From assembly GCA_963771175.1 (NCBI GenBank), contig CAVYSY010000021.1, positions 32,001-96,000 on the forward strand: a stretch of 64,000 nt of DNA, in the 5' to 3' direction. Made by a program: the position numbers and the translations under genes. The stretch is from an uncultured delta proteobacterium (GTDB taxonomy: Bacteria; Myxococcota; Myxococcia; Myxococcales; Myxococcaceae). Of the stretch, positions 1 through 11,426 are shown piece by piece. Position 1 is the stretch's first letter. Every line of letters starts with the position of its first letter. Under the pieces are notes generated by a model. It had not been told where the DNA came from. It saw only the letters and a list, made by a program, of their open reading frames with translations, and did no database searches.

Positions 1-1732
1 CCCAGCTTGCGGAAGCCGTCGGCCCAACCCAGGAGCTTCAGCAGGTGCGGGTCCGACAGGTCCGGGATGACGGTCGCGAGCTTGCCCGCGAAGACCTCGC
101 CGGTGTTGCCGTCGATGGAGACGGTGTCCCCCTCCTGGAGCACGCGCCCGGCGACGGTGAGGCGCCGCTGCTCGCTGTCCACCTCCATCGCCGAGACGCC
201 CACCACGGCGGGCTTGCCGAACTGCCGCGCCACCAGCGCGGCGTGGCTGGTGCGCCCACCCCGGCTGGTCAGGATGCCATTGGCCGCGAGCATGCCGTGC
301 ACGTCATCCGGTCGGGTCTCCTGCCGCACCATGATGACGGCCTTCTTCTCCTCCTTGGCCCAGCGCTCGGCGGTGTCGGCGTCGAAGGCCAGCACGCCGC
401 TGGCGGCACCGGGAGACACGTTCAGCCCCGTGGCCAGCAGGTCCCCCCGCTCCTTCGCCGCCTTCTTCTCGGCGGGAGTGAGCTGGGGGTGCAGGAAGAA
501 GTCGACCTGCTCGGGCTTCACCCGCAGGACGGCCTCCTTCCGGGAGATGAGCTTCTCCTCGGCCAGCTCCACCGCGATGCGCACCGCGGCCTGCGCCGCC
601 CGCTTGGCGTCCCGCGTCTGCAGCATCCAGAGCTTGCCCTGCTCGATGGTGAACTCGACGTCCTGGACGTCGCGGAAGTGCCGCTCGAGCTTCTGGCAGT
701 ACTTCTCGAGCTGCGCGTACTGCTTGGGCAGCAACTCCTTGAGGGCGGCGATGCGCAGCGTGGGGCGCGTGCCCGCGACCACGTCCTCGCCCTGGGCATT
801 GGAGAGGTAGTCGCCCTCGAGCTGCCGCTCGCCCGTGGACACGTTGCGCGTCGTCAGCACGCCCGTGCCCGAGTCCTTCCCCCGGTTGCCGAACACCATG
901 GTGACGATGTTGACGGCCGTGCCCAGGTCATGGGCGATCCCGGCGGCGTTGCGGTAGTCCACGGCGCGCTTGCCATTCCAGCTCCGGAAGACGGCCTCGG
1001 TGGCCAGCCGGAGCTGCTCGAGCGGGCTCGTGCGGGAAGTCGTGGCCGGACTGCTCGCGCACAATCCGCTGGAAGGCCTGCGGTAATCTCCTTCAGGTCC
1101 TCGGCCGGCGAGCGTCCGCGTCGTTCTCGATGCCGCGCCGGTTCCGGTACTCCTCCAGCACGCGCTCGAAGGGCTCGTCGGGCAGTCCGAGCACGACGGT
1201 GCCGAACATCTGCACCAGCCGGCGGTAGGCGTCGTAGACGAAGCGCGCGTCGCCCGTGAGCTTGGCGACGAGGCCCTCGGCGACCGCGTCGTTCAGCCCG
1301 ATGTTGAGGACGGTGTCCATCATCCCGGGCATGGAGAACTTCGCGCCGGAGCGGCAGGACACGAGCAGGGGGTTGCTCGGGTCTCCGAGCGTGCGCCCGG
1401 CCCGCTGCTCCAGCTTGCGCAGGGCGGCGAGCTCCTGCTCCCAGAGTCCCTCGGGGAAGCGGCTGCCGGCGGCGAGGAAGGCGTTGCAGGCCTGGGTGGT
1501 GACGATGAAGCCGGGCGGGACGGGGAGCCCGAGGCGCGGTCATCTCGGCCAGGTTGGCCCCCTTGCCGCCGAGCAGGTCCTTCATGTCCGCGCGGCCCTC
1601 GTCGAAGAGGTACACCCACTTCTGCCGAGGGCTGGTGCGGGCGCGGGGTTTGCTGGAGGAACGACCGGGCCGAGGTTTGGCGAGGCGGGTCGGGCTCTTT
1701 CGGAGCGGAGACTTCCGGGCGCGGGTGGGCAT
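1..1732 (-). CDS. ppdK: Pyruvate phosphate dikinase, N-terminal part (runs off window start; about 3 frameshifts)
   Basis: Motifs across frames: WVYLFDEGRADMKDLLGGKGANLAEM, VSCRSGAKFSMPGMMDTVLNIGLND, GTAVNIVTMVFGN, VQDVEFTIEQGKLWMLQTR, GILTSRGGRTSHAALVAR (phospho-His). Frameshifts near 1540, 1100 and 1035. Confidence 0.95.
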
Positions 1733-1890
1733 GGCGAGCTGTTCCGGGGAATGCGTGAAGAAGACCCAGGGAGTCACAGCATTCGCCGTGCCAGGAGGGG
1801 CTCCAGCGAGGAGCCCCGCCCGGTGCGCAAACCTTGCGCTCCCCTGTCCCTGAAAGTGGGGATGAGGAGCCCGGGCGCGCAAGATGCGCG

Positions 1891-2904
1891 CTACTTGCCC
1901 TTGGTGTACTCGCGGCTGGCGATGACGCCCTGCACCTCGGCGAGCGCCCGCGCACCCGAGGCGGACTCCAGCGCCTTCTCGGCGATGGTCTGCACCTGTC
2001 GCTTGGCCTCGGCCAGCTCGGTCTGGAGCGCCTGGAGCGACTGGGTCTGCCGCGCGTTGGTCTCCTTGAGCGAGGAGATTTCCATGCTCGCCACGCGCTG
2101 GGCCGTCTCGGCATCCTTCTGGGCGAGGGTGAGCTTCATCTCCCAGTCATGCTTCACCCGGTTGCCCGCGATGGCCGCCGCCGCGTCCGTCTCCTTCTTC
2201 AGCACGGCCGGGAAGTCCGCCACCTGCTGGCGCAGCTCCTCCAGCTCCTTCTCGCGCAGCTTCAGCGCCTCCTCGCGGGCGGCCCAGTCCTTCTCGAGCT
2301 TCTCCTTGCGGTCGCGCTCGGCGGCACCCTGCTGGCGGAGCTGCTCGGCGAAGGCGTCCTGCTCCTTCTTGCGCTGGAGCTGGATGTTATAGACGTACTC
2401 CTCCTCGGCCCGCTTGCGCGCCACCTCGGAGGCCTCCCGCTCGGCCGCGAGGTCCGCGGCGAACCTCGTGCGCGTCTGGGAAATCTCCTCGTGGAGCCGC
2501 TCCAGCTCGGCCTCCAGGTCCGCCTTCTTCTTGTCGTGCTCGGCCACCAGGACGTCGATGGCGCTGGCGGCGACGTCCTTGCCGTGCAGGGCCGCCAGCT
2601 CCTCCGTCTTGAGCTTGATGGCCTCGTCGAGCTTCTTCAGCTCCTCGACGAGCGAGATGACCTGCTCGTTGATGCCGCCGAGCGTCTTGTTGATGGTGAG
2701 GCCGGCCTCGGTGACCTTCTTCACGGCCGACTCCGCCGAGAGGCTGGACACATCCGTCAGCACGTTGCGGGCGTGGGACTGCTGCGCCTCCTGCTCCTTG
2801 ACCGAGACCACGGGCTTGTTGCGGCTCTTGCGGGCCAGCTCCTCGAAAGCGCTCTTGGTCTGCTCGGTGGAACGACGGCGGGCGGACGAGTTGCGAGTAG
2901 CCAT
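1891..2904 (-). CDS. Conserved long coiled-coil protein of unknown function
   Basis: ATG at 2904 preceded by GGAG. Heptad-rich E/K/A/L sequence throughout and clean host codon usage. Confidence 0.8.
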   Translation of the reverse strand: MATRNSSARRRSTEQTKSAFEELARKSRNKPVVSVKEQEAQQSHARNVLTDVSSLSAESAVKKVTEAGLTINKTLGGINEQVISLVEELKKLDEAIKLKTEELAALHGKDVAASAIDVLVAEHDKKKADLEAELERLHEEISQTRTRFAADLAAEREASEVARKRAEEEYVYNIQLQRKKEQDAFAEQLRQQGAAERDRKEKLEKDWAAREEALKLREKELEELRQQVADFPAVLKKETDAAAAIAGNRVKHDWEMKLTLAQKDAETAQRVASMEISSLKETNARQTQSLQALQTELAEAKRQVQTIAEKALESASGARALAEVQGVIASREYTKGK

Positions 2905-3129
2905 GACGTGATGCTCCAGGTTGGACGTGGGTCTCTGCCCCCCTCTCGGGCGGCCATGAACAAGGTTTACCCAATGGGTCTGACATGGCCGGGGCTCCGA
3001 GGACGCCCTCGGAGGTCCGGAGAGCCCGCTGGACGAGCAGGCGGCCGCGCCCGCGGTCCACGCCCCGTTACATCCGACTTCCCGGGACTCGAACAACGGG
3101 GAGGACTGGAGTCCTCGAGGAGGCTGGAC

Positions 3130-3339
3130 ATGAAGAAGAACGACAAGAACAAGGCCCCGCGGAAGGACAAGAAGCCGTTCTTCGCGCGGTTGTTGGAGGC
3201 TCAGGAGCTGGAGCAGGTGGCGGGTGGCGCGGGTGGCGTCCAGACTCGCAAGTTCCCCTCGGACAAGGACGAGAGCAGCGACGGGCCCATCGTCACCCAG
3301 AAGTTCCCCTCGGACACCGACGAGGGCGGGGGGTACTAA
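3130..3339 (+). CDS. Microviridin/marinostatin-type (graspetide) precursor peptide, 69 aa, two cores
   Basis: [69 protein letters not shown]. Has the PFFARxL leader motif, a double-glycine site and two TxKxPSDxDE cores. GAGGAGG RBS upstream. Confidence 0.9.
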   Translation: MKKNDKNKAPRKDKKPFFARLLEAQELEQVAGGAGGVQTRKFPSDKDESSDGPIVTQKFPSDTDEGGGY

Positions 3340-3394
3340 GGCTTCGCGGGGGGCTCGGCGATGGGTGGGCCGCTCGCATGCCTATACTCGCGCC

Positions 3395-5491
3395 GTGCGA
3401 AGACACGGAACGTTGGGGTGGGGATGTCTGGCGTTACTGCTCATCTCCTGCTCGGCGCATCGGCCCGCCAGCGAGGTCTCCCGGCAAGCCGAGACCGGAC
3501 GGAGCCTGCGCGCGCGCATCTACCTGGCGAAGGGCGAGGCGGCGGTCGACTCGCGGCAATGGGGTCTGGCGGCAGCGTATTTCGCGGCCGCCCGTGTGGA
3601 GCAGGACTCGCTCGCGGCGCAGTGGGGTCATGCCTGGGCGACGAGCCATGCCTCCACCCAGCTCTGGACGAAGAAGTTCGAGGGCTCCGTCCTCGCCACC
3701 GCCTTCTCCCCGGATGGCCGGGTGCTGGCCTCGGCCGGATACGATTCCATCATCCGTCTCTGGGACGTGAGCCGCGGTGAGCTGCTGGCGGAACTCAAGG
3801 GCCATACGGCCGAGGTGCATGCCGTCGCCTTCTCCCCCGACGGTCGAGTGCTGGCCTCCGGAGGCAGGCCGGGAGAGATTCGAATCTGGGACCTGAGCCA
3901 GGGTCGGCAGGTGGCCCTGCTCGAAGGCCACTCGGACGTGGTGCGCGGGCTGGCGTTCTCGCCGAGCGGGAAGCAATTGGCCTCCTGTGGCGTGGACAAG
4001 ACGGTCCGTGTCTGGGACGTCGGCACCGGGACCGAGCGGATGCGGTTCGACCACGACGAATATGCCATCTCCGTCGTGTTCTCCGGTGATGAGCGACAGC
4101 TCCTCTCGACGAGCATGGACCGGACCGCCCGGCTGTGGGACCTGGATGCACGCAAGGAGCTGCGCCGCCTCCTCGGACACGAGGAGAAGGTGGAATCGGG
4201 TGCTTTCTCTTCGGATGGGCAGCTCGTCATGACCGCGGCGAGCGACCACACGGTCCGGTTCTGGAGCGCGCGGTCCGGACAGCTCGTCAATGTCCTGAGA
4301 ATCCCGGGCGGTATCGCGAGCGTCGCCATCGATCCCGGGTTCCGGCTCATCGTCGAGGCGGGATGGGATGGCCGCGTCCAGCTCGTCGATGCTCGCAGCG
4401 GGGAACTCCTCGATCGTCTGGATGCACATCACGCGATGACGATGGCGGTGGCCCTGTCTCCGGACGGTCGCACCTTCGCTTCTGGTGGAAGGGACGGCTC
4501 GTTGCATGTCTGGTCCCGACCCGAGGCTCCCGCCGAGGTCGTCCTCCGAGGCCATCAGGTCTGGATCGAGGCATTGGCGTTTCCCGAGGAGCAGGCGCTC
4601 GTTTCAGGTGCGGAGGATGGCTTGCGCCTATGGGGCCTCTCGGGAGGGAGCGCACTGGAGCCGAAATCGTTCGAGACGGGGAGCTTCTCCCTCGCGGTGA
4701 GCCCGGATCGAAAGCTCATCGCGGCGGGTGCGCCCGATGGAACGGTGCGCGTCCTGGAGGCCAGCTCGGGCCGGCAGGTGCTCGGCCTCTCCGGCGTGGC
4801 GGGCTCCGTTCGGGGCCTGGCCTTCGCACCCGATGGGAAGACCCTCGCGGCGGGCGGGGAGCGCGACGTCATCCTCTGGTCGCTGCCCTCCGGCTCCGTC
4901 CTCGGGCAGCTCGCGGGACACACGGGGAAGATCTGGTCCCTGGCCTTTGATTCGACGGGGAGCCGCCTCGCCTCCGGCAGCTCGGACGGTACCGCGCGGA
5001 TCTGGGATGTGAGTCGCCGTCAGCAGCTTCGACAGCTCGACACGGGGGGCACGGTTCGAGCCGTTGCCTTCACCCCCTCCCATGGCCTCCTGGTGACGGC
5101 GGGCATGAAGCAACCCCTTCGCCTCTGGGATGCCGCGGACGGCCGTCTGTTGAAGGAGCTGGACGATGGCCCTGTCGGCACCCTCTCCATGTCCTTGTCA
5201 CGGGACGGGCGGTTCATGGCCTCGGGCGGAATGGACCTGCTGGTGAAGGTCTGGAGCCTTCCTTCCGGCGAGCGGATGGGGGAGATCCCCGGTCATCAGG
5301 GGATGCCCACCGCCGTGGCCTTCTCGCCTGGAGCCTCGACCCTGGCCTCGGCGGGAGCGGACAGGACGATCCGCCTGAGCAGGATTGAAGGCATCGTTCA
5401 TCCGATGTCGCCCGAGTCGGCGCTCGCGGAGGCGCTGAGCCGATACGGGCTCACCCGGGAGGAAGAGCGGTTCCTCATCCAGTACCGCTGA
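3395..5491 (+). CDS. WD40-repeat protein (about 14 repeats), probable lipoprotein
   Basis: Repeated GH..V..VAFSPDG..LASGG.D.TVR.WD units. An in-frame GTG at 3395 gives a signal peptide ending LALLLISC. Start is inferred. Confidence 0.88.
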   Translation: MRRHGTLGWGCLALLLISCSAHRPASEVSRQAETGRSLRARIYLAKGEAAVDSRQWGLAAAYFAAARVEQDSLAAQWGHAWATSHASTQLWTKKFEGSVLATAFSPDGRVLASAGYDSIIRLWDVSRGELLAELKGHTAEVHAVAFSPDGRVLASGGRPGEIRIWDLSQGRQVALLEGHSDVVRGLAFSPSGKQLASCGVDKTVRVWDVGTGTERMRFDHDEYAISVVFSGDERQLLSTSMDRTARLWDLDARKELRRLLGHEEKVESGAFSSDGQLVMTAASDHTVRFWSARSGQLVNVLRIPGGIASVAIDPGFRLIVEAGWDGRVQLVDARSGELLDRLDAHHAMTMAVALSPDGRTFASGGRDGSLHVWSRPEAPAEVVLRGHQVWIEALAFPEEQALVSGAEDGLRLWGLSGGSALEPKSFETGSFSLAVSPDRKLIAAGAPDGTVRVLEASSGRQVLGLSGVAGSVRGLAFAPDGKTLAAGGERDVILWSLPSGSVLGQLAGHTGKIWSLAFDSTGSRLASGSSDGTARIWDVSRRQQLRQLDTGGTVRAVAFTPSHGLLVTAGMKQPLRLWDAADGRLLKELDDGPVGTLSMSLSRDGRFMASGGMDLLVKVWSLPSGERMGEIPGHQGMPTAVAFSPGASTLASAGADRTIRLSRIEGIVHPMSPESALAEALSRYGLTREEERFLIQYR

Positions 5492-5772
5492 CGGAGGTCC
5501 GTGCTCATCTCCATCACTTCGCACCGAGGTCCAGCAATGCTCGAACCTCGACCTCGGTACCGAAGGTGCGGGCGCGAGCCAGCGGAGTCTGGCCGTTACC
5601 CTGCTCGGCACGTCCTAGCCGGCTGGGTGACGGGTGGGCGCGAGGCTCGCGTGGTGGGTCCAGGCTGGTTGCCCGAGGTCCGCTCAGCCTCCGGCGCTTT
5701 CCGCCGAAGTCATCCAATTGCTTCGCCGGTCCGTAGCGGGAGTGAAGACACCGCACTCCATGAGGACCGACC

Positions 5773-7341
5773 ATGCCGAAGTTGAACCCACTGGCCGCCA
5801 TCGCGGTCCTGTCGACGGCGACCCTGGCATTCCCGCTCGGGGCTCTCGCCGCCAGCCACCGCGAGGCACCCATCACCGCCTTGGACCACAAGGCGGACAT
5901 CACCGACTTCTTCGCCTTCGTCAGCTATGACAAACCCGACAGGGTCACGTTCATCCTGGACGTGGACCCGCTGTTGGAGCCGGCGAACGGACCCAACTAC
6001 TTCCCGTTCGATCCCAACATCCTCTACACCATCAAGATCGATAACGACCACGACGCCATCGAGGACGTCTGGTTCGAGTTCCGCTTCAACACGGAAATCC
6101 GCGCGCCCAACGTCTTCACGGGCTACGTGGGCGCGGGCTCGGGCATCGCCGCCCCGGGCAACTCGCCCCCGCCGATCGCGCCCGGAACCCCCGTCGTGCC
6201 GCCGGCCATCACCGCCCTGGACGGGCCCGGCTCGGAGGGGCTCAGCCTGCGCCAGCAGTACACGGTGACCCTGGCGCGCCGCGGTCCGGGCAACTCCGTG
6301 AAACGCACCCGCCTGGGCGAACGCATGCGCCTGTTCGCGCTGCCGAGCAACGTCGGCCCGCGCACCATGCCCAACTATTCCTCCCTGGCGAAGCAGGCCC
6401 TCTTCCGGGTGGGCCAGGACGTCAGGGTCTTCGCCGGCACCGTGGAAGATCCGTTCTGGATCGACCTTGGCGCGGCCTTCGACTCCCTGAACTTCCGCGC
6501 CACCGGTTTCAAGGTGCCCGGTGTGCTGTCGGACGCCCAGGACGCCGACGACACCCGCAACTTCGCCAGCGATGCCGTCTCCGGCTACAACGTGAACGCC
6601 ATCGCCATCGAGGTGCCCATCTCCCTGCTGACCCGCGACGGCAAGCGGCACGCACCCACCGAGCCCGCCGCCACGCTCGGCACCTGGGCCACGACCTCTC
6701 GCCAGCGTGTCTCCGTCCGCCGACACCCCGCCGAGCGGAACGGCGACGCCCGGGACGCCGACGTCTGGCGGCAGGTGCAGCGCATGGGCAACCCGCTCAT
6801 CAACGAGCTCCTCGTGGGCACTGGCTCCAAGGACCGCTTCAGCACCGACCAGCCCAGGAACGACTCGCGGTTCGCGCCCTTCTTCCTCGACCCCTTGCTG
6901 GCGCGCGTGCTGAACGCCGTGTATGGGATTGACATCCCCACCCCGCCCCGCACCGATCTGCTGCCACTGGTGACCTACGCGCCGCCCATCGCGGCCGCGG
7001 GCACCCCCGCTGGCCCGGTCGCCGATCTGCTGCGCTTGAATACGGGCGTACCGCCCACGCCGGTGGGCAAGCAGAAGCGCCTGGGCCTGCTCGCGGGCGA
7101 TCCCTCCGGCTTCCCCAACGGGCGCCGGCTGGGCGACGACGTCACCGACATCTCCGCACGCGCGGTGGCGGGTGTGCTGAACCCCCAGTTCAACAAGGCC
7201 CCCAACAACCGCATCGGCGACGGCGTCAACACCAACGACGCCCCGTACCAGAGCACCTTCCCGTACCTCGGCCTCGCGTGGGACGGCCGCAACCGCCGCC
7301 ACATCGACCCGGGTGAGGTGGGAGGCGGTCCCGTCAACTAG
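5773..7341 (+). CDS. DUF4331 domain secreted protein
   Basis: Signal peptide followed by ASHREAP...ADITD. Also contains VFAG..EDPF..DL, QVQRMGNPLINE and GFPNGRRLGDDVTDI. Confidence 0.9.
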   Translation: MPKLNPLAAIAVLSTATLAFPLGALAASHREAPITALDHKADITDFFAFVSYDKPDRVTFILDVDPLLEPANGPNYFPFDPNILYTIKIDNDHDAIEDVWFEFRFNTEIRAPNVFTGYVGAGSGIAAPGNSPPPIAPGTPVVPPAITALDGPGSEGLSLRQQYTVTLARRGPGNSVKRTRLGERMRLFALPSNVGPRTMPNYSSLAKQALFRVGQDVRVFAGTVEDPFWIDLGAAFDSLNFRATGFKVPGVLSDAQDADDTRNFASDAVSGYNVNAIAIEVPISLLTRDGKRHAPTEPAATLGTWATTSRQRVSVRRHPAERNGDARDADVWRQVQRMGNPLINELLVGTGSKDRFSTDQPRNDSRFAPFFLDPLLARVLNAVYGIDIPTPPRTDLLPLVTYAPPIAAAGTPAGPVADLLRLNTGVPPTPVGKQKRLGLLAGDPSGFPNGRRLGDDVTDISARAVAGVLNPQFNKAPNNRIGDGVNTNDAPYQSTFPYLGLAWDGRNRRHIDPGEVGGGPVN

Positions 7342-7399
7342 TCAGCCCGCCGTGGGTGCGCTCACCGTGCGCCCACGGCTTTCCTTCCAGGAGGTTTCC

Positions 7400-8557
7400 A
7401 TGAAAGCGATTGGGAGTCTGGCGGGGATCCTGCTCTTCGCCTCTGTCGCCCTGGGTCAGATCCAGGTGAAGCCCACGCCCGCGGAGGTGCGGATCGCCCA
7501 GGCGCGCGGCGCCATCGAGAAGAACCCTGAGTACTACCAGGCCTACAATGACCTCGCGCTGGCCCTGGCTCGCCGTGCGCGTGAGACGGGAGATCCCACG
7601 AAGTACAGTGAGGCCGAGGAGGCCCTGAAGCGCTCCTTCCGGCTCCAGCCCGACAACTTCGAGGGGCAGAAGGTCCAGTGCTGGCTGCTGCTGGGAAGGC
7701 ACGAGTTCGAGAAGGCGCGCGAGCTGGCCCGCGAGCTCAACCGCCGTGCGCCCGACGACGTGCTGGTGTATGGCTTCCTCGCGGACGCCAACGCCGAGCT
7801 TGGCAACTACCCGGAGGCGGAGACCGCCGCGCAGTGGATGCTCGACCTCCGCCCGGGCAACATCCCCGGGCTGACGCGGGCGGCGTACCTGCGGGAGACC
7901 TACGGCGACGTCGAGGGCGCGCTGGAGTTGATGCGCATGGCCTACGACCAGACCGACCCGGGTGAGCTCGAGGACCGCGCCTGGCTCCTGACGCAGATCG
8001 GTCACCTGCACCTCATCCATGGCAAGCAACAGGAGGCCGAGGCCGCACTGCTCGAGGCCTTGCGCCTGTTCCCCCGGTATCACTACGCGCTCGGGACGCT
8101 TGGCACGCTGCGCATGGAGCAGCGCCGCTGGGCGGATGCCGTCGAGCTGTTCGAGCGGCGCTACGCCGTTGCGCCCCATCCGGAGAACCTCTATCCGCTG
8201 GCGGAAGCGTTGGAGCGCGCCGGCCGCTCCCGCGAAGCGCGAAGCGCATTCCGCACCTTTGAGCGGCAAGCCGTGCGCGAGAGCGTGCAGAGTGACAATG
8301 CCAACCGCGAGTTGATCTTCTATTACATCGAGCACGCCCACGAGCCGGCCCGGGCACTGCGCCTGGCGGAACGCGAGTCCGCTCGCCGCGAGGACGTCTA
8401 CACCCTCGACGCGTACGCCTGGGCGCTCCATGCCAACGGCCGTGACCGCGAGGCGCAATCGCAGATCGATCGCGTGCTGAAGATCGGGGCCCGCTCGCCC
8501 CTCTTCCAGTCACACGCCAGCGCCATCGCGGCCGGGCTCGGCCAGGTGTCCAGATGA
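7400..8557 (+). CDS. Secreted TPR-repeat protein (DUF4331 partner)
   Basis: GGAGG RBS and ATG at 7400, signal peptide, multiple TPR-like helical repeats. Directly follows the DUF4331 gene. Confidence 0.85.
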   Translation: MKAIGSLAGILLFASVALGQIQVKPTPAEVRIAQARGAIEKNPEYYQAYNDLALALARRARETGDPTKYSEAEEALKRSFRLQPDNFEGQKVQCWLLLGRHEFEKARELARELNRRAPDDVLVYGFLADANAELGNYPEAETAAQWMLDLRPGNIPGLTRAAYLRETYGDVEGALELMRMAYDQTDPGELEDRAWLLTQIGHLHLIHGKQQEAEAALLEALRLFPRYHYALGTLGTLRMEQRRWADAVELFERRYAVAPHPENLYPLAEALERAGRSREARSAFRTFERQAVRESVQSDNANRELIFYYIEHAHEPARALRLAERESARREDVYTLDAYAWALHANGRDREAQSQIDRVLKIGARSPLFQSHASAIAAGLGQVSR

Positions 8558-8599
8558 GACGTCTCGCGCTCCGCCCGGAGAGCACGAGCGGGCAACCTC

Positions 8600-8819
8600 T
8601 CAGGGCGTGGAGCGGACTCCCAGCATGCGGAGCGCCAGCTCGGCGAGGGTGTCGATGGCGAGCGTCTCCGACGGCTCGTACCAGTACGGGATGCGCAGCC
8701 CCATCGTGGCGATCGCCACCGCGGTGACGAGCACCTGGGGTGGAGAGAAGAGACTCATGGCCACCCCTCGCGCGATGACCTCGAGCAGGAGGGCGGAGGA
8801 CTGGTCGCGCAGCGCCGCG
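8600..8819 (-). pseudogene. 3' remnant of a TetR-family regulator (C-terminal domain only)
   Basis: LLLEVIARGVAMSLF..AVAIATMGLRIPYWYEP..TLAELALRMLGV resembles a TetR C-terminal ligand domain. No HTH or start codon; abuts the stop of the upstream remnant. Confidence 0.55.
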
Positions 8820-9062
8820 CTACTTCTCCCGGAGGGCCGTGAGGACCTCACGCGCGGCGGCCACGGAAGAGGCCGGGTTCTGGCCGGTGATCAGCCGCCC
8901 GTCATGCACCGCGAAGCTGCTCCACAGGGGCCCTCGCTCGTAGCGGGGCCCCAGGTCGCGCAGCCGCGTCTCCAGCGGGAAGGGCACCAGCTTGTCGAGC
9001 TTCACCGCGCGCTCCTCCTCGTCGGAGAAAGCCGACACACGCTTGCCGGCCACCAGGGCCAA
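8820..9062 (-). pseudogene. 3' remnant of a DJ-1/PfpI (type 1 glutamine amidotransferase-like) gene
   Basis: LVAGKRVSAFSDEEE..VPFPLETRL..DGRLITGQNPASS is the C-terminal third of this family. The catalytic-Cys region and N-terminus are absent. Confidence 0.8.
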
Positions 9063-9217
9063 GAGGTGAGACTCGCCTCTGCCCCCCGAGGGCTCACACT
9101 ATCTCCCGTGTAGCCGACTTATTGGGTGTGTCCACGAAATCGGGGCAGGCTCATCATGGACGTGAGCCGGCACGACGCCGGAGCAGGACGCATTCCCACC
9201 GCCCAGGAGGAGGGCAT

Positions 9218-11426
9218 ATGAAGGACCACAATCAGGGAACCGATGCGACCGGCAGCAGCGGCGACGGTTCGAGCGGAAGCGGTTCCGGCGGCGACTCCGG
9301 CAACGGGTCGACCCCGCCGACCCGGCCCGTTCGGCCGAACGTGCTGATGATCATGGTCGACCAGCTGTACTACCCGGGGACGGGCTACGGCTCGGCCGGG
9401 TTCGCGGACGACATCAAGCGCATCCTCTCGTTCGTCGGCAGCCTCGAAGGCAACGACTACGTCCAGCACTTCCCCGGCTTCTGCAAGCTGCGCGAGTACG
9501 CGGTGGTGTTCACTGATCACACCATCGCGGAATCGGCCTGCATTCCCAGCCGCGCCAGCATCATGACCGGGCAGTACGGGCCGCGTACCGGCGTCACCCA
9601 GACAGATGGGCTGTTCAAGAGCGGCGACGCCTCGAACTTCCCGTGGCTGCGCGCGGACGGGGCGCCGACCGCGGGCGATTACTTCCGCGAGCTCGGTTAT
9701 TCCACGCACTACTTCGGCAAGTGGCATGTCAGCGATCCGCCGGAGCACACCCTGCAGGGCTTCGGCTTCGGCGACTGGGAGCTTTCGTGGCCGGAGCCGC
9801 ACGGCGCGCTGACCAACAACATGGGCGTGTATCGCGACTACCAGTTCGCCGATCTCGCCTGCGCCTTCCTGCGTCGGCGCGGGCTCGGCGTGCCGTTCTC
9901 GCGCGCGAGTTCGACCGCTGGCGATCATCATCCCGAGCACGGCTTCGTGCCCACGCCGCCGCCGTTCTTCGCGGTGTGCTCGTTCACCAATCCGCACGAC
10001 ATCGCCACCTATCCGGTGCTGCCGCGCGCGCTGAGGCCGGCCAGTCCCGGCGCCACCGTCACTCCGCAGGCGCTGGTCGGGCCGGGCGGTTCGGTGCCGA
10101 TCCCCGCACACGGGCACGGTCAGCGCGAAGCCGCAGAGCGGCACCTTCCGCGTGCCGCTGAATCCGACCGGATTGCCGCAGGACTGCGCCAGCGCCTCGC
10201 CGACCCAGAAGGAGAACCTGCTCGACAACAAGCCGCGCGCGCAGTTCGACAGCTCGTACAAGGTCGCGCTCGGGCTCGCCGCGAAGACCGGGCTCGGTGT
10301 CGCCCAAGCCATGGGCGGCGATTCGCAGACCGTGCTCGCCAACGCGGTGAAGGCGACGCTCGCCTCCTCCTTCCCGTTCCAGCTGCAGAGCGATCCGGAC
10401 GGCGCGGGCACCGGCTTCCTGCAGTACTACGCCTACATGATCTCGATGGTCGACCGCCACATCCTGCGCGTGCTGGAGGCGCTGGAGGAGTCGGGCCTGC
10501 GCGACGAGACCATCGTCGTCTTCGCCTCGGATCACGGCGAATACGGCGCCGCGCACGGCATGCAGATCGAGAAGTGGCACGGCGCCTATCAGGAAGTGGT
10601 GCACGTGCCGTTCCTGATCAGCTCGAGGACCTACAACGATGCCACCGACGCGCCGATCGCGATCAACGCGCAGACCAGCCACATCGACATCCTGCCGACT
10701 CTGTTCGGTTTGATCGACGCCAGGCCGGAGGAGCTCGAACGCGCGCGCCGCGCGCTGTCGAAGACGCATCTGGCCGCGCCGCTGCCCGGCGCCAACCTGG
10801 TGCCGGTGATAGCTGCCGGTGGCGGTCCGGTCATCGGCCCCGACGGCGAGCCGCGCATTGGCGTGCTGTTCGCGACCGACGACATGATCACCGAGCCGCT
10901 GCCGCGCGACGACGATCCGCACAACCAGGCGTCGTGGCAGCAGTACGCGGTGTACGCGGCGACGGTGGAGCTGTTGCGCACGCCGCCCGCGGACGGGCAG
11001 TCGCATCCCTATGTGCCCGAGCTCGCGCCCGGCCCGGTGGTGCAGCCGGCGCACGTGCGCGCGCTGCGCTCGGGCGACTGGAAGCTGGTGCGCTACTGCG
11101 ACCCGTGGAGCGAGAACCCGGTGCCGGACCAGTGGGAGCTGTACAACCTCGCGGTCGATCCGGTCGAGGCCACCAATCTGCTGATCTACGACGGCGCGTT
11201 CCCGACCGTGATTGCTGGGACCGCGTTGCCGGGCGGGCTGACCGTGGCCCAGGTGACCGACGCGGCGAACACGCTGCGCGCGGAGCTGGCGCGTCAGGAG
11301 GCGCGGCTGCTGTCGCCGTATCCGAGCAAGTACCCGACCGCCGGGGAAGGTGTCAGAGGACTCATCCCGACACCTCGCTCCCACGAGTCGTCTGATACCC
11401 CATCCGGTCTCCTACGAGTCGTCTGA
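9218..11426 (+). CDS. Formylglycine-dependent sulfatase-family hydrolase (one frameshift at about 10100-10150)
   Basis: GGAGGAGG RBS; RPNVLMIMVDQ, CIPSRASIMTG (CxPxR), YFGKWH, NPHD, ETIVVFASDHGE, SHIDILPTL, WELYNLAVDPVEATNL. The last ~26 aa are encoded by the adjacent repeat cluster. Confidence 0.88.

Noticed and set aside
1834..3129. 501-aa ORF 1834..3339 as a single protein
   Set aside because: Mostly the antisense shadow of the coiled-coil gene. Only the last 69 codons have an RBS and recognisable motifs.
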